From Paraspadella gotoi (Eukaryota; Animalia; Chaetognatha): a stretch of 64,000 nt of DNA. This document shows positions 1 to 25,714 of this stretch, in pieces (positions within the stretch are counted from its first letter, which is position 1; each line of letters opens with the position of its first letter). A program made the position numbers and the translations under genes. The notes below the pieces were generated by a model. The model was not told the origin of the DNA and ran no database searches. It saw only the letters and a program-made list of their open reading frames with translations. The stretch spans positions 6,928,550 to 6,992,549 of the forward strand of contig CM119267.1 of assembly GCA_051294375.1 (NCBI GenBank). The letters are read 5' to 3'.

Positions 1-24
1 AATGCCCGACGACATTTTCACCCC

Positions 25-90
25 GCATGTCAACTTCAGTCGTGACCCAATGGCTCATGACCATTAGATACCGGGATCCATCCCTCATGT
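25..90 (+). pseudogene. Decayed tRNA-like head (CAT anticodon arm) upstream of a twister fold
   Basis: Perfect 5-bp stem with 7-nt loop AATGG-CTCATGA-CCATT (49-65). B-box-like CCGGGATCCATCCC follows. Partial acceptor pairing GCATG(25-29)/CATGT(86-90). Confidence 0.4.
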
Positions 91-99
91 TACCTACCC

Positions 100-159
100 A
101 GCGGGAAGGGTGAAGACGGCCTTAAACCCTCAAGCCTGGTTCTAAGCACAGGACCCGTT
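100..159 (+). ncRNA. Type-P5 twister ribozyme-like fold, family C (partly decayed)
   Basis: AGCGGG(P5) AA GGGU(P2') GA AGAC(T1') GGCCU U^AA ACCC(P2) UC AAG CCUGG UUCUAAGC(L4) ACAGG A CCCGUU(P5'). Predicted cut at 123/124. Mismatches in T2, in one T1 pair and in the P4 closing pair. Confidence 0.65.
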
Positions 160-315
160 CCACGGCTGCCACAGGGGGTTAGAGAAGTTGCGGACATCAC
201 TCTTCAGCCCACTTCGCGCCTTACTCTCATATCTTCCGGCTGACTTAAAGCTTTGCCCCTCTTGAACCCTCCCCCAACGCCCCAAAATCCCCACCCTCTC
301 CCACATCCCTTCAAG

Positions 316-634
316 GCAGAGAAGACGACGTCTACGTCTCTTCCGAACTCTACACCATCTTCCACTTCGCCAACGAGTCCAGCCTCAAGTCTCTTCGCCT
401 CCGCCACCGACTCGCCCTACCGTTCAACGGCGGACTCTGGGTCGGGAGTTCCGTCGTTCGCAAGGGTCATCTCTTTTACTCGCAGTTCGAAAATTGGAGG
501 ATCATCGTCAAGTTTGATCTGGAAGGACGGTGAGGAAAAAAGTGGGATGGTTGACGTTTCTGTCTCTGTCTCTCTACGCTACTCCCAATTCATAAAATTC
601 TCTCCTAATTTCCCTCAAAAGTGGGATGGTTGGC

Positions 635-667
<33 letters not shown>

Positions 668-2168
668 CGCTTCCCCCAATTCATAAAATTCTCTGTCTCT
701 GTCTCTCTCTCTCTTCGCTTCCCCCAATTCATAAAATTCTCTGTCTCTGTCTCACTCTCTCTTCGCTTCCCCCAATTCATAAAATTCTCTGTCTCTGTCT
801 CACTCTCTCTTCGCTTCCCCCAATTCATAAAATTCTCTGTCTCTCTCTCTCTACTCTTCCCCCAATTCATCAAATTCTCTCCAAATTTCCCTCAAAAAGC
901 CGCATCGTCATGAAGAGACTCTTGCCGAGCGTATTGGTGGAGGAGGAGGACTACGCCGATCGGCGACGAACCTTCGTCGAGTTCGCCGCCGACGAGGAGG
1001 GTCTCTATCTCATCTACTCCAATTTCGTCGGCGATGTCCACGTGTCCCTTATCAACGAGACGTCGCTGCAGTTCGTCAAGACCTGGGTAAGTTGAGGAAG
1101 GGAACGCTGTGTTCCGATAGCGCTCCATTTCGGCTTAAATTCAGAAATTAAATAAATGTTTAAAGGTTAAAGGTTAGGGATATGGATTAGTTTAAAGATT
1201 AGGTTAAATATTAAGGATATGGGTTAGTTTAAACTTTAAAGATAAAGTTAAAGATTAATGATAAGGGGTAATTTAAAGAATAGTTAAAGGTTAGGGAAAG
1301 GGGTTAGGTTAATGATTAAGTGTTACATTAAGGATTTTATTAAAGGGTTAAAGATTAGGGTTTAGGGTTAAGGGACAAGGTTACAGGTTGAGGATTGAGG
1401 TAAGTTTAAACTTTAAAAATTAGGTTAAAGGTTTACTGCGAATATTTTTTTTGGTCTTCACACCTGCGGAAATGAGCGTTCGTGATTTTACCCGAACAAA
1501 ATGATCAACATAATTTAAAAAAAAAAATTCAAATGGTCAAATAGTTAAATGACAGAAAAGAGCTTAAGCGAAGCAAAATATATTTAACAAATACAATAAT
1601 AGTTAGTTTAAAGATTCGGTTAAAGGTTAAGGATAGGGGTTAGGTTAAGGATTAGAGGTTAAGTTTAAGATTTTATTATGGATTAGGATTAAGGATCAAG
1701 AATTAAAGTTTAAGGGAAAAGGTTATAGGTTAAGGATAGGGGTTAGATTAAAGATTAAGGGTTATATTAAAGGTTATAGATTTAGTTAAACACAAGTGAT
1801 AAAAAATAAAATTAAATATTTATATTAAAATTAAGTTCAGGGATTAGGAACAGATATAGAGCGCTTTTGAAAAATAGAGCCAAAGGTCGGGGGGGATGAT
1901 AATTTACTCCTCGCTTCAGGTTACGGACATCAGCAAATATTACTTGGCTCGACTCGTGATTGTCGCCGGTCAGTTGTATCCCGTTCGCACGACGCTTAAC
2001 CGGACAGTTTTCAAGATAACAGACAGATACTGTATCCGAGAGAGAAGGACGAACGCCAACGATAAAACCTCGATTCCGATCAAGAAGATCAGTTTGAGAT
2101 CGCCGATCCAGCTGGTCACGATAACGGGGAACATGTACAGGTGGGGAAGGCAGGGAGGATCAGAGGGA

Positions 2169-2207
<39 letters not shown>

Positions 2208-3571
2208 TGTAAGAAACAAAACAAAAAAAAAGAAAAAGAACTTTCTCAATGTCCCGAGACAAAAGAAATAGTCTTTAGACTTTCTTCATACGTAGAAAAC
2301 TTCTTTTTTTTTTAAATTAACTTTAGGTTTAAACTGAGAGGTGAGTTGAATACTACGGTTTTCTTTTTTTTTTTTTTTTTTAGATCGTAAAAATTTTTGT
2401 CAGAGTTAAAAAAGAAATCCGTATTAGATTTGAGTAACTTGAAAAAACGCCCCGTTTTTATTGTTTATTATCTATTTTTATAAAGCTTATGCCTTTGATG
2501 TCGTGGCTACTTATTTTGAATTATACAATAGTTGAACCGTATAATTTTTTTTCCAGTTTTTAAAAGTTTTTTTAATCATTTTTTTTATAAATTGCCCGTG
2601 AGAAATAAATATTTTTTTAAAATCTAGCGTGAAATATTCCGCGTCGGACCAAAGCCTTTTCCTCTGGGATTCAATCTCTTTGCTCAAATACAAAGTCTCT
2701 TTATCGGCCGCCGTGAAAAATCACTACAGTCACGAGATGGAACTTCCGCCGACGTGAGTGAAATGGATTGTCGATTCGAAAGAAAAAAAATCTCACGCAT
2801 TAATATCCCATTAAATTCTAATTTTTAGCATGATAATCGGCTAATTGCCAATAGTCTACGTATGAAATCTAAGGGGTGAACTTAGGCAAAATCTTTTTCT
2901 TAAATAGGTAATAGACAATTTTTGGTTTACCTAGTAGTTAACTGAATAAAAGTAGGCAATTTTTAATTGAAGAAAGGAGCTTTAAAACTAAGATATAACT
3001 GACAAACTTATGATCTAATTTGCTAAGATTTAAAAGGGAAATATTTTCTTCAATAATTTAAAACCAATAATATTAAATTAAATTTAAAATTAAAAAAATT
3101 ACAAAATAGGATATTTTTCGGTATTAATTTTTAAACAAAATCTTTATCAAATATAAAACTTTAATTTGCTCAACATTGAAATTCAATTGGTTTTAGCCGA
3201 AATATTTTTAGAATATTTTCAATGAAAGACAAAATAATTTTGTAAAATAAAATTAATAGCTAAAAATATTTATTCAGATTTAACCAAGTTTGGTGACAGG
3301 GGTTGGAGTCCATTATATAGTGTTGTTTAATTAAGATAAACATTTTTCAGAATTTTCAAATATGTCATTTTTTATTTTGAGTTAAAATCTTTGTTAATGA
3401 TAAAAAAATAGAAGGAAAACTTTTTTGGATAGAGAAAAAAAATTTAACAACAATGTTTTTTATTATGATTAAACATACATGTTTTGATTTAATTTGCAAG
3501 TCTTTATCAGTGCTAATTTAGTTTTGATAGTACATAATTTTTTGTTTCACAAGTAAACAGGGAAAGGATGG

Positions 3572-3613
<42 letters not shown>

Positions 3614-5194
3614 AATGTTTCTAACAAAGAATTAAAAAAATGACAGTGGTCAGCTTTGAGGATAGGGTAAGTTTGACAGAGAGAAAGAAGGTGGTGAGGA
3701 AAAGAAATTGAAATTTGGCAGAAGGAAAAAAAGATGAATAATGTATAAGATGTATAAGATGTATAATGCATTCCTCTCTCTCTCTCTCTGCCTAATTTTA
3801 ATTTCTTTTCCTCACCACCTTCTCTCTCTCTGCTCAAACTTACCCTATCCTCAAACTGACCACTTTCTTTTTTTTATTTCTTTGTTAGAAACATTTATTT
3901 TTTTCTCTCTCTCTCTTTCCCTCCATCCTTCTCACTGTTTACTTGTGAAACAAAAAATTATGTATTATCAAAAATTAAATAAGCACTGATGAAGATTTGC
4001 AAATTGAGTCGAAACATGTATGTTTAATCATAATAAAAGTTGTTGTTGTTAAAGAAATTCTTTTTCTCTCCCAAATCTTAAAAACACAACGAAAGAAAGA
4101 AACAACACAATATTTGGAAATTATATCCATAGTATATTCACTTTCTATATTGAGCTCGAATTTTTAATATAATCAGCTTGGGAGGTATTGAGTAATCCAT
4201 ATCATATTCTGCATAGAATTCTAGTAAGCTTTGCCATTTTTAATAAGATACAAAATATTTATGGGCGACTTGAGTCTTGGGTACATTGTTACATCATCTT
4301 TGATCGAGGTTTTAATCTTGTCAATCATATCAGGATACAACTGAATTACGTACATTGCAAATCTCTTTAAATGTATGCATCCTCATTGTTATTACTAATT
4401 TCTTTACTATCTGTTAATAATGAATTAATTAATTAATATCAATTAATTAATCTTCCTTAATAATTTTATTGGTTCTGGTTCTGGGTAGTAGCCAAGTAGA
4501 TTACAGACTTAATGCCATGCTACTATTGATAATCATATTTCATACCATATCTGGGAAAAGTATTTTTGGGCTTATAAAATATAGTAATAACAAATTGAAA
4601 ATATAGTTGATAACGAAATTAAAACAATAAAAGAAAATATATTGTTTTATTTATCTTTAAAAAATAAATATAAGCAAAATATTTGATTCAGAAATTGCCT
4701 ATATTTTACTAAGAAAAATCATTTCTTTACCTAGGCAATTTCAGAAACACTTTGCTCAGTTAATCAGGCAAAATATTACCTAAGTTCACCCCTTAATGAA
4801 ATCTCCGCCTCTACTAATCATAATGAAGTGAATTGAACTGTTGAGCTTGAATACCGAAAATGATAAAACTGGTTTTGTTATGCTCCTCTCCTGGCTTTCC
4901 CTCTGCTCTCTGCCTCCGCTCATCTCTCTCCTCTCTCTCTCTCCTCCCCCTCTCCCCCCCCCAGAGATTCCCCTCACGGAAGACGCCTCCAACCAGAGCG
5001 AGAGCGAGGACGAATTTACCGAAGAGACGCGCTCCACGTGGGACCCGTGGCCACCGACGCTGACCCAGCGGCGCCTCACTTCCGGTTGCTACAAGACGAC
5101 GCGATTCCAGCGCCGCCTGCTTCACTGCGCGTTGCTCATGTGTCTTTTGCAGATCTCCTTCTTTCTCTACACGGCGATACTGTCCACGCCGTGA
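316..5194 (+). CDS. Olfactomedin (OLF) domain protein, 5'-incomplete, with probable C-terminal hydrophobic/GPI-type tail
   Basis: Phase-compatible GT-AG exons 316-529 (..LWVGSSVVRKGHLFYSQFENWRIIVKFDLEG), 900-1086 (..FVEFAADEEGLYLIYSN..VHVSLINETSLQFVKTW), 1920-2140 (VTDISKYYLARLVIVAGQLY..) and 2628-2753 (SVKYSASDQSLFLWDSISLLKYKVSL). These follow the OLF beta-propeller motifs (DLAVDEnGLWvIY, AFiiCG.LY, idYNP....LfaWD). A likely last exon 4965-5194 (acidic linker, hydrophobic end) has a phase mismatch with the 2753 donor. Confidence 0.85.
558..890. repeat. Intronic 48-bp minisatellite with CT tracts
   Basis: Unit CCCCCAATTCATAAAATTCTCTGTCTCTGTCTCACTCTCTCTTCGCTT, about 5-6 copies. It explains the repetitive spurious ORFs at 574-913. 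Confidence 0.9.
1100..1882. mobile_element. MITE-like element(s) filled with degenerate TTAGGG-like repeats
   Basis: Right end GAGCGCTTTTGAAAAATAGAGCC matches the TIR family at 13861-14088 and 33176-33399. Interior is GGTTAAAGGTTAGGG-like. Left end is degenerate. Confidence 0.55.
2870..4795. mobile_element. Non-autonomous hAT-like DNA transposon in olfactomedin intron
   Basis: TIRs TAAGGGGTGAACTTAGG (2870-) / CCTAAGTTCACCCCTTA (-4795), flanked by an exact 8-bp direct repeat ATGAAATC (2862-2869, 4796-4803). An 8-bp TSD is typical of hAT. No transposase ORF. Confidence 0.85.
3443..4053. repeat. ~600-bp imperfect palindrome (foldback) nested in the hAT-like element
   Basis: 3443-~3735 is the reverse complement of ~3775-4053 (e.g. 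TTTCACAAGTAAACAG / CTGTTTACTTGTGAAA; GAGGATAGGGTAAGTTTGA / TCAAACTTACCCTATCCTC). The spacer is ATGTATAAG repeated ~3 times. Confidence 0.9.
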
Positions 5195-7435
5195 CCTTCG
5201 GCTGAGGGGGATGACGTGAGCGACCGTGCGGCGGCGCTGTGGAGGAACGGAGAAGGGGATGCTACGTCGGGCATGGAGGTGTCAACTTTGTTGAGTGGCA
5301 GAGGAGTGGAGAGGAAGAAACGCCGTCCCCCCATTTCTGGGGACCAAACCGTAGTGTATTAGATTAATAAACAATAAACATTGTCTTTAAAAAAAACAAA
5401 AAAACCCCCTGTTTTCGCCCGTCATTTTTTCACCGCGTTTTTCGCCCGGTAGCGACTCATTTCACGGAGCTGCTCCCTGTAAAGGGAAAACGTAGGCTCT
5501 TTCTTCGTTAAGTCAAAATGACAGTGAAACGGATTTATTTTTACACGACGACGTTTTCAGTTTTTCACATTCGAAGGCGGACTCATTTATTTTTAGAAAG
5601 AATCTTCGGACAATTTAATCCGGACGAGTAAAACTAGAAGATTAGATTTTTTTTTTATTTGTCTAAAAAAAAATTATTGGATTTTACAATCAAGAATTGG
5701 AAAACAAGGCGTTTTTTTTTTCCGAAAACGCCCCATATCTTTTTCTCTATCCCTATGACCTAACTCTGATTCACAACCCCATTCCTAATCGCCTAACCAC
5801 GAGCCTTAATCCCTAACCTTAACCACTAACCTAAACTTTAACTTAACCTGATTGCGGTTCGAATCCGAATTACGAAATTGTAGTGCACAAAGCTTGGACA
5901 ATTGAAATTCTTCGACTGATGAGCGTCTCAACATTGTGACCCGATCTCGTGTCTTCGTTAGCTTAGCAATTTTGTCTATCCTGATCCTGTGGTAAATTAA
6001 AAATCTCCTCACTGCAACTAAAGTATGTAGTCATTGATTTAAAAGAAGGTTCAGAAAAGAAAAAAAAAGCTATAATGTTATCATGATGACATTAAAATAA
6101 AGTATAATCACACTAATTAGTACATTAAGCAATAATTCACTCGGAAAACAAACTCGCCCCCCCCAAAAAAAAAAACAAAAAAATAAAAACTTATCAATTA
6201 GCATTTTTAAATATGGTTTTTCTTTGCATAGCAATATTGAGAGTTTGTTAATAATAATAAATAAAGATTCGCGCATGTTACTGTTACATAAACAAAAATA
6301 TTACGATTTTTAATGTACGTATGAAGTCCCTAGCATTTTAAATAATTCCTAAAACTGAAAAGTTTTTTCTTAGAACGAAAATAGTTATATTTAACTCACT
6401 AAAATATTATTTACCTGCGTCATATACTTTTTAAATGTTTTAAATTTAAAGTATCGATTTTTTAACATAAAAATGTTGTCACAAATATTTAATAAATAAA
6501 AATATTTCACCAATAACTCTTTCATTTATTATTTGAAAAAAAATCCCTGAGAAGCAATTGTAGCACTGAGAGCATTAACAAAGCTTTTGTTTTTCCTTAT
6601 AATATATGTATGTATATAAATATATATAAACATGCGGATCATCACATAAAATGAACTAAAAAAAAAAAAAAATAATACCCAGTGATACCATTTAAGGCTT
6701 GATACTCCTGCGATGATACTGATTTTCGTTTTAAATTTCTGATTTGAATAGTCGCGAAAGTTTTATTTAGGTTCTAACCTAGCTTCGTAAGTTTTTAACA
6801 AATTTGAATCAATTGAAAGCAAAATGTTGACATGCTGTTGCGATAAAATTCAGACCCACAAATTCATGCGATTGAACGAGTTTCTAAATACTTTTAGTTT
6901 TATTTCTTAGTTTACAAAGCGATTTCGGCGTTTAAAGATTTAAACGTAACTTCTCTTTTTTTAATAATATTTTTAGTGAAAACAAATCATCAACTGTCAA
7001 AAAGTATTTAATTTTTTTTTCGTTAAAAGACCCTGAAATTTCTTGAGCTCATCTGCTTCGTATGCTTAATGCATACTGCTCACATAGTGTTCCTCCTTAA
7101 GTGAGATGAAAAGCAAGGTAACATTTATCTTGACAAATCGCAAATGGCGAAAAACGATAAAAGGCGATTGGCCAGTTATGGCAATTGACAAAATGATAAA
7201 TGGCAATTCCCCGAAAATGATTTATGGTAATCGAGAAGATGATGAATGGCAATTTCCCCGAATAATAATTTTCGCGATTGGACCGGAGAGAGAGAGAGAG
7301 AGTAGGAGACGGAAGAAGGAGATGGAGAGGGAGTGAGAAAATAGGGAGAGGGAGAGACAGAGAGAGAGGTAGGGCGAAGAAGACGAGGGAAGAAAGGAAA
7401 GGACAAAGTAAAGAGAAGTGGGGAAAAGATAAGAG

Positions 7436-7436
<1 letters not shown>

Positions 7437-7532
<96 letters not shown>

Positions 7533-7668
7533 CGATGATGATGGTGATGATAATAATCATTATTATCTTTAATTTCTATTAATGATATTAAACGACTCGA
7601 ACGACGATGTCGATGATATTAAAGATGATGATGATGACGACGATGATGATGATGATGACGATGATGAC

Positions 7669-7705
<37 letters not shown>
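7437..7705. repeat. (AAT)n and (GAT)n microsatellites
   Basis: (AAT)n at 7437-7530 and (GAT/GAC)n at 7624-7705. Confidence 0.95.
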
Positions 7706-7975
7706 TTTCTTTAACACTTTTTCGGGGGGGGGGAAAGAGAAAGGTTGGGATGGGGAGGTTGAGTCAAGGAGTATTTTAAGGATATGAAACAATTGCAAGA
7801 TTTCTTATTTTACTATATTAGACTTTAAAATTTAAAATATTTAAGGCGGGGAAGTCAGCGGATGATGCTGCTGCTGCGGCGGCGGCGACGGCGGCGGCTT
7901 TATAAATTTTTTTTCTTGTGAGCGACGATTTATTCCATGACTTTTTCGAAGTCGCCTTTATTTTTATCGTTGTTG

Positions 7976-23041
<15,066 letters not shown>

Positions 23042-25714
23042 CACTTCTTAAGCCGTAGATCACGAGGTGGCGGAAGACGACGACGACGACGACGACGACG
23101 ACGAAGAGGACGAGAAGAACGACGACGACGAGAGTGTCGAGTCGCCGTCGGGGTCGTCGTCGGGATCAGAATTCGATTCTCGATTCTGTAGCATCTGCCG
23201 CATTTGCTGCAATTTCTGCATCTGGTTTTCGATTTTAAAAAAGGGGTCATCAATTTTTGAGCCNNNNNNNNNNNNNNNNNNNNNNNNNNNNNNNNNNNNN
23301 NNNNNNNNNNNNNNNNNNNNNNNNNNNNNNNNNNNNNNNNNNNNNNNNNNNNNNNNNNNNNNNNNNNNNNNNNNNNNNNNNNNNNNNNNNNNNNNNNNNN
23401 NNNNNNNNNNNNNNNNNNNNNNNNNNNNNNNNNNNNNNNNNNNNNNNNNNNNNNNNNNNNNNNNNNNNNNNNNNNNNNNNNNNNNNNNNNNNNNNNNNNN
23501 NNNNNNNNNNNNNNNNNNNNNNNNNNNNNNNNNNGAAAGGCGCTCAGCGCTCTCTCCTCTCTCTCTTCTCTCCTCTTCTCTCTCTCTCTCATTCTCTCTC
23601 TCTCTCTCTTCTCTCGTCTTCCTCTCTCTCCATCTCTCTCTTCTCCTCCTCGTCCTCTATCCCGCTTCGAATTGACCTGCACTTCCGCTCATACACATCC
23701 AAAATCACTCTCGTTTTACAATCAGATAAAATCGGTCACGAGCGCTTCTCTTTAGAGAGATAAAAACCGCTAATGAAGAGATAGCAAACTCAGGCGAAAA
23801 ATCAATGCAAAATTTTTTTTTGTTTAAAATTTTTCATAATGAAAGGAAATCATGGATTTTTTAAAAAAATCGAGTATTGTTCTGTTTTAATTATTTCGTC
23901 CAGCAAACCTAAAAAATAATAACTTTAAAAGTCATCTAACGCATTGAAGTAGTATAATAACAGTAAAAAATAATTAAAAAGAGGACATTGACTAATTTTG
24001 GTAAGCGTAGAGGTTAATTTAAAATTGAAAGCATAATCTTTTATAAAAATATGGAAAACTAACGAATTCTACGAATTGATGAGAATTGGAATATTACAAA
24101 CACGTTATATCACATTAAATATATATTTTAATGTAAAAATAACATAGAAAACCCCTTTAATTGAATTTACCATCATTAAGTTTAAACCTTAAACTCTCTT
24201 AGAATAAAGATTTCCTTCACAAAACAAAACATTCTTTAAAACTTTAATAAAATATTAATTGTCATAGAACTTCGAAATCCTCTTCTCATCATTGGCAGAA
24301 AAAAAAGCGTTTAGTTTAGTTTAGTTTAGTTTTGTTTTAGTTCAGATTTTTTCGTCAAAAAAAAAATTTGTTTCCAAGAAGAAGAAACAGTTGACGGAGA
24401 CCGACCGACCGACCAATCGACGGAGGGAAGTTGAAAGCGAAGAAAACTCGTGACGCAATGAAAAAGGAATTCGCAAAAAAAAAAAAGAAAAAGAAAAAGA
24501 AAAAGAAACGTCACGCAATAGAAAACGAAACAAAAAAAAAAGATTCTTAAACATTTGTATTTTTATTTCCATCACAAGTCAATCCGAGGCTAAGTTATGC
24601 GCGGCCGTGCTTGAGATAGCTTGTAAGCGATACAAGCAAAAGAAAGTTATGTGGCCTTAAAAATTCATCCGAAGATGGCAGAGGAGACGCGTCGGTGGAA
24701 ACCGCGAGCGCGCGTAAAGATTTCACGCCTCGTCGTCGTCGTCGTCGTCGTCGTCGTCTCGTGGTCGTCGTCGTCGTCGACTTCGTTCTTATTTCTTTGC
24801 GCGCGCGAGTCACACCGCGATCGCCACGCGGTCACCGGGCTTCTGGAGGCGAGAGCCAGGTTTCGTATTGTGCGCCTGAGTGGGAGAGGCGCAGGGAGAG
24901 AGAGAGAGAGAGAAGAGAGAAGAGAGGAAGGGAGACGGGAGGGAGGAGCTGGAGAGGAGAGAGAGAAGAGCGGGGAGGACGAGAGGGGGAGAGGAGGAGA
25001 AAAGCAAGAGGGCAGACAAGAGAGAGAGGAATAGATGCGAGGAAGAGAGAGGGGGAGGAGGGGAGAGGAGAGACGAGGAGAGGAGGGAGAGATGAGAGGA
25101 GTGGAGAGGGAGGGAGAGGAGGAGGGAGAGGGGAGAGGAGAGAGTGAGAGGAAGAGAGAGCGGAGGGGAAGGAGGGAGAAGGGAGGGAGAGGAGAAGGGG
25201 AAGAGAGAGAGAGAGGAGAGGGAGAGAGAGACGAGAGAGAGAGATTTCAAAAGAAAAGAAAAGTCCGTAATGGAGAGATTTGGGAAAGCAAAAGAAAAAA
25301 AAAGAAAGAAAGAATAAAGATAAGAAAAATAAAGAAAGAAAGAAAGTAAAGAAAAGAGATAAGAAAGAAAGATAAGAAAGAAAAGAAAGAAGAAAAGAAA
25401 AGAAAGAAAGAAAGAAAGGAAAGAAAAAGGAAAAATAAGAAAGGAAAGAAAGTGACGAGAAAAAAGGTAGACGGACCGTCTACAAGCGCTACCTCTTCTT
25501 GCTTTTTCTTCCGGTCCCCGCTCGGTTCTCCGCTTTCTCCACCGGATAGGTTCGCCTGAAATTGTGAAATGCGGAACCGCGCCAGGTGTCCCGTTTGGGC
25601 CACAGGCGTAGCAATAAAATACCGAAAAGCGGATCAAAGAGCGGTGACACCGAAGACGGAAAGTCGAGAAATGACCCGTCCGTCACAGACAGAATACGAC
25701 GCAATGCCCAAGGG

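Noticed and set aside
253-1095. 280-aa ORF as a single protein
   Set aside because: It runs through a minisatellite intron. The real exon at 316-529 is in another frame, and only 900-1086 is coding in this frame.
5855-5870. GGTTCGAATCC B-box as a tRNA
   Set aside because: No cloverleaf or A-box; it sits next to CCTAA-like repeats.
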